From the NCBI GenBank assembly GCA_041690135.1, contig JAWLHY010000002.1, forward strand, positions 464,332 to 528,331: a DNA stretch of 64,000 bases, written 5' to 3'. Below the pieces are notes generated by a model. It did no database searches. It was not told the origin of the DNA and worked only from the letters and a program-made list of their open reading frames with translations. This DNA comes from Armatimonadota bacterium. Lineage in GTDB: Bacteria; Armatimonadota; SYMT01. The first letter of the stretch is position 1. Every line of letters starts with the position of its first letter. Below, piece after piece: positions 1 to 8,341 of the stretch. The translations under genes were made by a program, and so were the position numbers.

Positions 1-2349
1 TTCACCCGGACCGCTAAACGACCGTCCGTCCGGGAGCTTTCCCGAGGCATCCACGGGAAATTTACCATCCTTCACGCGCCAGGCGCCAATGGCATCGAAG
101 TTCTCCAGGCCGAACCCCAGCGGGTCGATGCGGGCGTGGCAGGAGGCGCAGGCCGGATTCTTGCGGTGGGCCTCCAGTTGCTGCCGGAGAGAGGCCGTTT
201 CGCCGACCTGGCTCTCCTCCAGATTGGGCACGCCGGGCGGCGGCGGGGGCGGCGGCGCGTTCAGGAGGTTCTCCAGGATCCAGCGCCCGCGAAGCACCGG
301 CGAGGTGCGCGTGGAGTAGGAGGATACCGTGAGGACACTCGCCTGCGTGAGGATCCCGCCGCGCGGCGTCCCGCGGAGATCGACCCGGCGGAACTCCGTC
401 CCCTTCACCCCGGGCACCCCATAGAACCCGGCCAGCTTTTCGTTCAGGAAGGTGTAGTGGCCGTCCAGGAAGTCGAGGAGGCTGCGGTCCTCCCGCATCA
501 CGTGCTGGAAGAACAGCTCCGTTTCACGCCGCATGGAGAGCCGGAGGTACTCGTCCCAATCCGGATAACGCTCGGTGTCCGGCTTGTGCGCCTCCAGCTT
601 CCGCAGTTCCAGCCACTGGCCCGCGAAGTTCTCCGCCAGCGTGTTCGCCTTCGGGTCTCGCAGCATCCGCCGGACCTGCGCGGCCAGCACCTCGGGACGC
701 GAGAGGGTACCGCGGTCGGCCAGCCGCAGCAGTTCCTCGTCCGGCATGGTGCTCCAGAGGAAGTAGGAGAGGCGCGACGCCAGCGCGTGGGGACCGATCG
801 GCCGCGACTCGCCCGGTTTCGCCGCGGCGGGGTCGCGCTCGATCCGGAAGAGGAAGTGGGGCGAGACCAATATCGCCTGCAGGGAGAGGCAGATCCCCTC
901 CTCGAACGGGTCTCCCTGTTTCCGCGCTAGCTCAACGAGCCGGAGGTACGGGTCGAGCTCGCCGGGGCGGAGCGGGCGCCGGAAAGCGCGGCGGGCGAAG
1001 TCTCCCAGGATCTTGCGCTCGCAGCCCGGCTGGTGGCCGCCCCGCGGGTGGCCGCAGGTGTAGACCCGCCGCAAACTCTCGGGGGAGGGGCCCTTCTCCT
1101 GGGTGTAAGGACCGGCGATTTCCAGGACCCGGACCTTCGCCTGGTTCACCGCCTTCTTCTCGCGCCGCTTCGCCTTCCATGCCGCGATCCGGCGGCGGAA
1201 CTCCGCGGCCTCCTCGGGCGTGGCGTCGGCGGGCGGCTCCGGGTCGGGCCGCGGCGGAAGCGCGGGGCGCTGCGACGGTTTCGGCCCGCCGTATTCCGCC
1301 GGAAGACCTTCGTACACGTACAGCAGCGAAGCAGCCATCCAGCGGTCGCCCGCCGTCAGCTTCACCCGGACCTCGTTGCCCTTCCCCGAGAAATTCTGCT
1401 CGGTGTCCGTGAAGGAAGCCCCTTCCTCCGGGTCGACCGACGTCTCCCCGGCCAGGTTGCCGTCGACCCAGACCCCGACGCGGGCCGGTTCGGAACGCAG
1501 CGGACGACTGCCGCCCAGCACGACGCGGACCACATACTCGCCGGTGGCGGGAATGCGGAACGTGCCGTGGAGCGCTCCGGGCAGGCTGAGGCCGGTGGTG
1601 TCGTATTCGGTGGGTGGCGTGGTGATCGGCGCGTGGGAACGATCTGGCGGATGGACCTTCTGCAGGGTGGGCTTCATCGCCGGGGGACCGAAGAGCGCCG
1701 TGCGGGTCACCTTCTCGGCCGCCTGGAGGTAGCGCTCCATCAGCACCGGCGACAGGGTGAGCACGTCGCCGATGTTGTCGAAGCCGTAGCCGGAGTCGTC
1801 CTGCGGGAAGTCGTCCGCCGGTCGGAGGTCGATCCCCAGCAGGTCCCGCATCGTGTTGTTGTACTCGGCCCGGTTCAGCCGCCGGGCGGTCACCCGGCCC
1901 GGGTCCGGCCTGGCTTCCCGGTCCAGGCGCGCGAACTCCCCTTCGATCCACGCGGTGACGGTCTTCACGGCGGCGGCGGCCGGCTTCGGGGATCCCTCCG
2001 GCGGCATCTCCCCGCTGCGCAGCTTCTGGACGACCTTCTCCCACGTGTGGGGGTCCTTCCCGACCGAGGCCGCGGTGCGGAACACCTGCAGATTCACGTC
2101 CGCCGTGTTGCTCTTATCCCCATGACAGGAGACGCAGTACTTCGCCACGAACGGCCGCACGCTCTTCTCGAAGACGTCGCTGGCGGGGGCCGCCGCCTTC
2201 GCCGGCGTCGCGGGTTTCGTCCGCGCCGCGCCCGCCGCGGGCTTCCCCGCCGCCTGGCCCGGCGCCGCCACCGCCAGCCGGGCCAGCGGCAGCGCCAGCC
2301 CGGCTAGGGGAACCATCACCAGCAGATACCGTACCGCGTCTTTGCGCAC
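1..2349 (-). CDS. DUF1592/DUF1588/DUF1587/DUF1595-type (Planctomycete PSD/PSCyt) secreted cytochrome-c-domain protein, 3' end runs off the window
   Basis: Hand translation from GTG at 2349 gives a signal peptide, then 'FEKSVRPFVAKYCVSCHG' (CxxCH), 'RRLNRAEYNNTMRDLLG', 'GYGFDNIGDVL', 'ASRLSYFLWSTMPD' and 'GFGLENFDAIGAWR'. The ORF track misses it because there is no stop inside the window. Confidence 0.9.
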   Translation of the reverse strand, partial: MRKDAVRYLLVMVPLAGLALPLARLAVAAPGQAAGKPAAGAARTKPATPAKAAAPASDVFEKSVRPFVAKYCVSCHGDKSNTADVNLQVFRTAASVGKDPHTWEKVVQKLRSGEMPPEGSPKPAAAAVKTVTAWIEGEFARLDREARPDPGRVTARRLNRAEYNNTMRDLLGIDLRPADDFPQDDSGYGFDNIGDVLTLSPVLMERYLQAAEKVTRTALFGPPAMKPTLQKVHPPDRSHAPITTPPTEYDTTGLSLPGALHGTFRIPATGEYVVRVVLGGSRPLRSEPARVGVWVDGNLAGETSVDPEEGASFTDTEQNFSGKGNEVRVKLTAGDRWMAASLLYVYEGLPAEYGGPKPSQRPALPPRPDPEPPADATPEEAAEFRRRIAAWKAKRREKKAVNQAKVRVLEIAGPYTQEKGPSPESLRRVYTCGHPRGGHQPGCERKILGDFARRAFRRPLRPGELDPYLRLVELARKQGDPFEEGICLSLQAILVSPHFLFRIERDPAAAKPGESRPIGPHALASRLSYFLWSTMPDEELLRLADRGTLSRPEVLAAQVRRMLRDPKANTLAENFAGQWLELRKLEAHKPDTERYPDWDEYLRLSMRRETELFFQHVMREDRSLLDFLDGHYTFLNEKLAGFYGVPGVKGTEFRRVDLRGTPRGGILTQASVLTVSSYSTRTSPVLRGRWILENLLNAPPPPPPPGVPNLEESQVGETASLRQQLEAHRKNPACASCHARIDPLGFGLENFDAIGAWRVKDGKFPVDASGKLPDGRSFSGPGE

Positions 2350-2499
2350 CTGGGTCCTTCGCCTCCACCCTATCAGTTAGGGGCGCACCCCGCGATCACC
2401 TGCACTATGCCTTGTGTAAACGTTACTCGATGGGCGTTGGGCGACGCCAAAGGGTACAATAGATGAAGATCACCAGTCATGTGGAAAGGGTGAACGTAG

Positions 2500-2766
2500 A
2501 TGCCAACTCACGAGAGAGTAACCCTGGACCGCCTGCTCGAGCCAGTCAGTCGTTGTCTGACGCCCGAAGCAGCCAGGGAGTTGGTATCCTTACGGGCTGA
2601 TCCCGAACTCCAGGCCCGCGTCGATCTCCTCGCAGAGAAGAGTAACGAGGGTGAGCTCACTCCTGAAGAGCGAGATGAGTACGAGACCTACGTACGAACG
2701 AGTCGCTTCATCGCCTTTCTTCAAGCGAAAGCGCGTAAGCTACTACTTCAGCAGACAACGAGCTGA
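2500..2766 (+). CDS. Small hypothetical protein, antitoxin-like, of the kind often found just upstream of HNH nucleases
   Basis: 88 aa with 'ELQARVDLLAEKSNEGELTPEERDEYETY'; purine-rich RBS upstream. Confidence 0.75.
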   Translation: MPTHERVTLDRLLEPVSRCLTPEAARELVSLRADPELQARVDLLAEKSNEGELTPEERDEYETYVRTSRFIAFLQAKARKLLLQQTTS

Positions 2767-2897
2767 TGGATGAGGGGATCCGCAGGGAAGTTCGCTCTCG
2801 AATTCGGACAATCAGCGACAACTCCGTGCAGAGTGGTCCGCGGAGTCTTGATGCTTTCATGTGCGGTTGGAAGTTCTGGTGGGAGGCCACTGCGTGA
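2766..2897 (+). pseudogene. Possible truncated HNH nuclease remnant (43 codons)
   Basis: ATG overlaps the previous stop (TGATG). 'MDEGIRREVRSR' resembles the start of small HNH proteins, but the following CEYC and HNH motifs are absent. Confidence 0.35.
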
Positions 2898-4114
2898 CTG
2901 AGAACCTATCCGTACCCTGGGGCGCCTGGTTCGGTGACGAGGAGCGGGAACTGACCTTCCCCGCGGACTGGGAAGCCTGCCTGTTTCCCCCGGCCGATGC
3001 CCCCAACCTCGACGAGGCCGCCGTGCGGCGGGCCTTCGCGGCACCCTACGGCACGCCCCCGCTGCGGGAGCTGGCTCGCGGGCGGCGGGATGCGGTGATC
3101 GTGATCGATGACCTCTCCCGGCCCACGCCGGCGGAGCGCCTCCTGCCGATCCTGCTGGAAGAGCTCGCCGCCGGGGGCCTGGAGCCCGAGCGCATCCGCG
3201 TGATCGTGGGCGTGGCGGGCCACCGTCCGTTGATGCGCCAGGACCTGGTCCGCAAGCTCGGCGCGGCGATGGTGGACCTCCTGGAAGTCAAGAACCACCA
3301 CCCGCACGAGAACCTGGTGCAGGTGGGGACCACCTCCTTCGGCACCCCGGTGTGGCTGAACCGCGACTTCGTGGAGGCGGACCTCAAGCTCTGCCTCGGC
3401 AGCATCAACCCGCATGGCGGGCCCGGCTTCGGCGGCGGAGCCAAGCTGGTGCTGCCCGGAGTGGCCGGAATCGAGACGCTTTACCACAACCATCGCCAGG
3501 ACAACGGCCTGAAGCGCGGGCTGAACGACGTGGAGACGAACCAGCAGCGCGCGGACATGGAAGAGGCGGCGCGGATGGGCGGCCTGGACGCCGTGGTGAA
3601 CGTAGTGGTCAACTCCCGCCGCGGCATCGCCGGAGTGTTCGTGGGCGACATGGTGGAAGCGCACCGGGCGGGGGTGGAGCTGGCCCGCCGTGTCTTCGCC
3701 ACGCAGGTCCCGACCGGTTGGGATGTGGGGGTGTTCAACGCATATCCCAAGGACAACGAGTTCATCCAGGCAGGCATGGCGTTCAACATCTGGAACTCCG
3801 CGCGGGAGCCGATCGTGCACGAAGGGGGGACGGTGGTGCTCTGCTCCGCCGCCAGCGAGGGGCCGGGGTTCCACTCCCTCCACGGACCCGGAATGCGCCT
3901 TCCCAACACCGGCAGCCTGCGCGCCCGCTTCGCCCCGCGCGAGCTGGTGATCTTCTCCCCCGGCATCAACGCCCGCGACCTCAACGCCGCCACCCGGGCG
4001 GACACCACCTACTGCCGTACCTGGGAAGAGGTGATGGCCGTCCTCCAGCGCCGGCACGGCCCCGGCACCCGCGCCGCCGTCTTCCCCTGCGCCGCCATCC
4101 AATTGGCCTGCTGA
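2894..4114 (+). CDS. Lactate racemase (LarA) family nickel-pincer racemase/epimerase
   Basis: Motifs 'DDLSRPTP', 'NHH', 'HGGPGFGGGAKLVLPGVA', 'HNH'; GGGAGG RBS before GTG 2894. Confidence 0.85.
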   Translation: MTENLSVPWGAWFGDEERELTFPADWEACLFPPADAPNLDEAAVRRAFAAPYGTPPLRELARGRRDAVIVIDDLSRPTPAERLLPILLEELAAGGLEPERIRVIVGVAGHRPLMRQDLVRKLGAAMVDLLEVKNHHPHENLVQVGTTSFGTPVWLNRDFVEADLKLCLGSINPHGGPGFGGGAKLVLPGVAGIETLYHNHRQDNGLKRGLNDVETNQQRADMEEAARMGGLDAVVNVVVNSRRGIAGVFVGDMVEAHRAGVELARRVFATQVPTGWDVGVFNAYPKDNEFIQAGMAFNIWNSAREPIVHEGGTVVLCSAASEGPGFHSLHGPGMRLPNTGSLRARFAPRELVIFSPGINARDLNAATRADTTYCRTWEEVMAVLQRRHGPGTRAAVFPCAAIQLAC

Positions 4115-4115
4115 T

Positions 4116-5450
4116 TCAGAACTGCATCCGCAAAGTCATTTCAAGCTTGGAGGCAAGATCCTGTGGGTCTTGGAAGAACTGCACGACGTTCTCCTTCAGC
4201 ACGCGGCCCCGGAACTCCAGCAGCTTGCGGTACCGGTCGGCGTCCGTGTCGATCATAGCGAGCGGGATCTGCGCGCGGTCGCTCATCACGAAGAGGCAGC
4301 GGCGCTTCCCGCTGGCCACGGCCTGCCGGTATTCCAGTTCCGTCATGGAGAAGCCGAGGGCCGGGTCGACGAACCCATACCGCATGCCGAGCACGCCCAC
4401 GTACAGCTCGGCCCGGGTCACCTCGCGGCGGATGAAGTCCACGGGCGCGGTGCCGGATGGGGGAAACTCCTCCATCCCGATAAAGGTCAATTCCAGACCT
4501 TCGATCACCCCGCGCGCGGCCCGGCGGTACTCCTGGAGGTCCTCCCAGGTAGAGCTGAGGAAGACGGAGCGCGGCGCCTGGGCGGCGAGGTCGTGCTTTA
4601 GGGTGAGCTCGGTCTCGTAGATCCCGCGCAGGTGGGTGACCGCGTCCAACTGGCGGGTCAGCAGCTCCAACTGCTCGGTCACGCCGGGGCCCTCCGCCCC
4701 GAGCGCTTCGAGGACGGCGCCGTCCAGCTCCGCGCGCCGGGCATCCAGCCTCCGCAGCATGCCGTAAATGTCGAACTGGCGCTGCCGCTCCCGGTCCGCG
4801 CCGGGCGCACCGGGATCGTGAGGAGGGACCAGTTGCCACTCGCCGTCCTTCTCCAGGAGGCCTACCGCCAGGGTCCGTTCGAGGAAGCGGTCGAACGACT
4901 CGTAGAAGGCCTGCGCGGAGCCAAAGTTGAACGGCCGGTCGAACAGCCAGAGCTCCACTTCGAACCGCTCGTCCGTCTCGAGCAGACAGCGAGCCAGCAC
5001 GGCGGCCATCTGTTCGGCCGTAACGATCGGGTCGAACCCAGCATACCCGGTGCCGATGGAGGGAAACGCCACCGACCGGCAGCCCAGCATGGGCAGCAGC
5101 GTCATCACCCCGTGGCACGCCCGCCGCACGACGGCATCCGCGGGGAGCGGGTGCCCATCGGGGTCACGGGTGATCGCATGCAGCACGTAAGTAGCGGATA
5201 GCTCCCCGGCGGGAGTAACGAGGACATCTCCCGGCTGCACCCGTCCGCGCTGTTGGCGCATCGCCAGGATCTTCCGGCACGCGTCGCGATAGGCGATCCC
5301 GGCGGCGTTCTGGAGCGCGCGCGAAACACCCCCGCCCATTAGCAGGCGGGTATCATCCGAGCTGACCAGCACCTCCGCCCGGGAGCCGCGGATGTCCCCC
5401 AGGTGGAGCGAAATGGTCGAGCCGCCGACGTGGTAAGTCCGGGGATGCAT
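4116..5450 (-). CDS. Macro domain + C-terminal DUF4062 (TIR-like) fusion protein
   Basis: N-terminal 'GDI...MGGGVSRAL...VLHAIT...VAFPSIGTG' (macro); C-terminal 'VFLSSTWEDLQEYR...IGMEEF...YVGVLGMRYG...SMTELEYRQA' (DUF4062). Confidence 0.85.
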   Translation of the reverse strand: MHPRTYHVGGSTISLHLGDIRGSRAEVLVSSDDTRLLMGGGVSRALQNAAGIAYRDACRKILAMRQQRGRVQPGDVLVTPAGELSATYVLHAITRDPDGHPLPADAVVRRACHGVMTLLPMLGCRSVAFPSIGTGYAGFDPIVTAEQMAAVLARCLLETDERFEVELWLFDRPFNFGSAQAFYESFDRFLERTLAVGLLEKDGEWQLVPPHDPGAPGADRERQRQFDIYGMLRRLDARRAELDGAVLEALGAEGPGVTEQLELLTRQLDAVTHLRGIYETELTLKHDLAAQAPRSVFLSSTWEDLQEYRRAARGVIEGLELTFIGMEEFPPSGTAPVDFIRREVTRAELYVGVLGMRYGFVDPALGFSMTELEYRQAVASGKRRCLFVMSDRAQIPLAMIDTDADRYRKLLEFRGRVLKENVVQFFQDPQDLASKLEMTLRMQF

Positions 5451-5525
5451 GGTAACACGGAGTATAAACGCCGTGCCCCCGAACCCTCAAGGGGATTGAG
5501 AGAGGCCTACGTCGTGAACCGAAGA

Positions 5526-5557
5526 AGGGCCGGTGAGCTTGCTTCTCACCGGCCCTG
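5526..5557. terminator. GC-rich hairpin, probable intrinsic terminator (minus-strand tail TTCTT)
   Basis: agggccggtgag-N7-ctcaccggccct perfect 12-bp stem. Confidence 0.6.
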
Positions 5558-5849
5558 AAAGTTCATTCGAAATGCGGCACAGCACCACGCAGGAATCCGG
5601 GCCGGCGTAACTTGAGCATTGAGTGGAAGTCGGAGGTGGGTCACCGCGGTCGCGATCACTGCAACCTAACGGGCGCGGTCCGTGACCAACAGCATAGACG
5701 AGTTGCACACCAAGCATGTGCCGTGACCAACGGGGACAAGCCCCTCTGCTACCTTCCGTTTCCCATTTCTTTCCGTGTCTCGATTACCCGCTCGCGGGTA
5801 ATCTCTATTCTTTCCAATCTGTGAAATCTGTGGCTCCCCGGGCCCGGAG

Positions 5850-6680
5850 TTAATCCTCCACGAACTCGATCGGCGGGAGTTGCTCAATCACGCCCGCCTC
5901 GTGGCCGCGGGTGAGGAAGAGGCGGATGCTCTCGCGGCCGGCCTCGCCCATGTCGAGCGTCCAATCGTTGACGTACATCCCCACGAACTGGTCGGCCAAC
6001 TCGCGCTTCATGCCGCGGGCGAACTCCAGGGCGTAGTCCAGCGCTTCCTTCCGGTTCTCCAGCCCGTGCGCGATGCTGGCGTGGAGGATGCGCGAGATCT
6101 GGCGCATCCGTTCCGCGCCGAGGTCCTTTCGGATCACGTTCACGCCCAGGGGCAGCGGCAGTCCGGTCTCACCCTTCCACCACTGGCCCAGGTCGACCAC
6201 GGTCTTCAGGCCCAGCTCGGGGTGCATGAGCTGCCCTTCATGGATCAGGAGCCCTGCGGCGTACTTTCCTTCGGCCACGCCTTCCATGATCTCGTCGAAC
6301 GGCACCACCTCGTAGGCAAACTCGCCCAGCCAGAGGCGCAGGGCCAGGAAGGCGCTGGTGAGGGTGCCGGGGATGGCGATCTTCAGCTCCTTGAGCGCCT
6401 GCCGGGAGAGATTCTCGCGCGCCACGATCATCGGGCCGTAGTTATCACCCATGCTCGCGCCGTGGGGCAGGATGGCGTAGTTGTCGGCGATGTAAGCATA
6501 GCCGTGGACGGAGACGGCCGTGATGTGGAGGCGAGACTCCAGCGCCCAGCGGTTCAGCGTCTCGATGTCGCGCAGGATGTGCTCGAACTCGTAACCTTCT
6601 TCCTCGACCTTGTGCCGGGCGAGGCCGTAGAACATGAAGGCGTCGTCGGAGTCCGGGCTGTGTCCTAGTGTGATCTTCAC
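5850..6680 (-). CDS. mqnD: MqnD-family 1,4-dihydroxy-6-naphthoate synthase (futalosine menaquinone pathway)
   Basis: 'ITLGHSPDSDDAFMFY', 'DIETLN', 'GLLIHEGQL', 'LPLPLG', 'MYVN'; GTG 6680 overlaps the map stop codon. Confidence 0.85.
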   Translation of the reverse strand: MKITLGHSPDSDDAFMFYGLARHKVEEEGYEFEHILRDIETLNRWALESRLHITAVSVHGYAYIADNYAILPHGASMGDNYGPMIVARENLSRQALKELKIAIPGTLTSAFLALRLWLGEFAYEVVPFDEIMEGVAEGKYAAGLLIHEGQLMHPELGLKTVVDLGQWWKGETGLPLPLGVNVIRKDLGAERMRQISRILHASIAHGLENRKEALDYALEFARGMKRELADQFVGMYVNDWTLDMGEAGRESIRLFLTRGHEAGVIEQLPPIEFVED

Positions 6681-7504
6681 GTGCGTGGTCCCTTTGCGGC
6701 CGCCCGGTCCTTGCTGAGGTCTACGGGGTCGTGCGGCCCGAGTGTGAGAATCTCGTAACCGTGCCGGGTGATGGCCACGGTGTGTTCGAAATGGGCGCTG
6801 GGGCGGTTGTCGGCGGAGACGATGGTCCACCCGTCTTCCAGGCATTCCACGTCCGGCGTGCCGGCGTTCACCATCGGCTCGATGGCGATGGTCAGCCCTT
6901 CCAGCATCAGGGGGTTGGGGCGGTCGGAGGCGACGTAGTTGTAGATCTCCGGCTCCTCCCACAGGTTCTTGCCGATCCCATGGCCGGTAAGCGCCTCCAC
7001 CACGGTAAAGCCGTTGCTCTCCACCACCTCCTGCACGGCCCGGCCGATATCCTGGATCCGGCCGCGCGGGCGGATCGCGCGGATGCCGGCCCACAGCGAT
7101 TCGCGGGTGACGTCGATCAGCTTCTGCTTCTCTTCCGAGATCTGGCCGATCGGCACGGTGATCGCGCTGTCGCCGTGGTACCCCCGCAGCTTCACGCCCA
7201 CGTCGATGGAGAGGATCTGCCCCTCTACCAGCTTCCGTTCCGCGCGCGGGATGCCGTGGACCACCTCCTCGTCCACGGAGGCGCAGATGCTCCAGTGGTA
7301 AACCTCGTCCCCGGCGCGGTGGTTGAGGAACGAGGGCGTGCCGCCGTGCTTCGCGATGAGGTCGTAGGCGAGCTTATCCAGCTCCAGCGTGGAGACCCCC
7401 GGCTGCGCCGCCTCGCGCAGCGCCGCCAGCACCACGGAGACGACGTATCCCGCCTCCCGCATCCGCTCGATCTCTTTCGCCGACTTGTAACTGATCCGTC
7501 CCAA
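6677..7504 (-). CDS. map: Methionine aminopeptidase type I
   Basis: 'CASVDEEVVHGIP', 'SIDVG..GYHGDSA', 'GHGIG', 'IAIEPMV', 'SAHFEHT'. Confidence 0.97.
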   Translation of the reverse strand: MGRISYKSAKEIERMREAGYVVSVVLAALREAAQPGVSTLELDKLAYDLIAKHGGTPSFLNHRAGDEVYHWSICASVDEEVVHGIPRAERKLVEGQILSIDVGVKLRGYHGDSAITVPIGQISEEKQKLIDVTRESLWAGIRAIRPRGRIQDIGRAVQEVVESNGFTVVEALTGHGIGKNLWEEPEIYNYVASDRPNPLMLEGLTIAIEPMVNAGTPDVECLEDGWTIVSADNRPSAHFEHTVAITRHGYEILTLGPHDPVDLSKDRAAAKGPRT

Positions 7505-7515
7505 AGTTAAATCCT

Positions 7516-8151
7516 CTACCGGAGCCCCTCATCCAGCACACGTACTAACCAGTCGCTTTCGGCCGCGATGGTCGTGTCCGGCCCGTGGCCGGGGTAGACG
7601 CGCGTCTCCGGGGGCAGTTGCAGCGCCCGGGAGAGGCTCGCCGCCATGTGGGCCGCGTTGCAGCCGGGTAGGTCGATGCGCCCGTAGCCGCCCTGAAAGA
7701 GCAGGTCTCCCCCCAGCACCTCCGCCCGCTCCCGGCAGTAGAGCAGGATGTGCCCCGGAGAGTGGCCGGGGACATGCCACACTTCCCACTCGGTGTCGCC
7801 CAGCGGCAGGGTCATCCCCTCCGACAGCGCCTCGTCAATCTGCACCCGCGGCATCTCGTAGGGGAGGCCGAACAGGGCGGTCTGCGGAGCGTGAAGCAGC
7901 GGCGTCTCCACCGGGTTCACCGCCACTGGAATGCCCGCCTGCTGGTAGGCCGCCACATCCAGAATGTGGTCGAAGTGCCCGTGCGTCAAGATGGCGCGCG
8001 TGAGGCGGAGGCCGCGGTCGGCCACGTGCCGCAGCACCCGGTCGGCCGTCTCCAGCGGGGCGTCGATCACCCAGGCTTCACCGCTTTTCGGGTCCGCCAC
8101 CAGGTACGTGTGTGTCTCTACCGGCGGACCGGTCCATCGCTCAATGACCAC
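7516..8151 (-). CDS. MBL-fold metallo-hydrolase (glyoxalase II-like)
   Basis: 'THGHFDH', 'PGHSPGH', 'GDLLF', 'YPGHG'. Confidence 0.92.
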   Translation of the reverse strand: MVIERWTGPPVETHTYLVADPKSGEAWVIDAPLETADRVLRHVADRGLRLTRAILTHGHFDHILDVAAYQQAGIPVAVNPVETPLLHAPQTALFGLPYEMPRVQIDEALSEGMTLPLGDTEWEVWHVPGHSPGHILLYCRERAEVLGGDLLFQGGYGRIDLPGCNAAHMAASLSRALQLPPETRVYPGHGPDTTIAAESDWLVRVLDEGLR

Positions 8152-8341
8152 GCTGGAGTGTTTCCCTTCCCCTTCAGCCCAGAAACCCTCCTCATTCTAT
8201 CACGCGGCCTGCGAACTCCTCGCCGTCCCGGAGACGCTGTTTGGGACCTCCTCGCTGCGCGGTAAATGCTCTGGGCGTCGCGCCTGAGGTGCCGGCAACC
8301 GGACCGGAAGATCGCACGAGCCATGGAGACGGTTCCCGAAG

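Noticed and set aside
136-2307. Long plus-strand ORFs (264 aa, 424 aa) and the many similar overlapping ORFs across the window
   Set aside because: They are antisense or alternate-frame shadows typical of high-GC coding DNA, with Arg/Pro/Gly-rich composition and no motifs.
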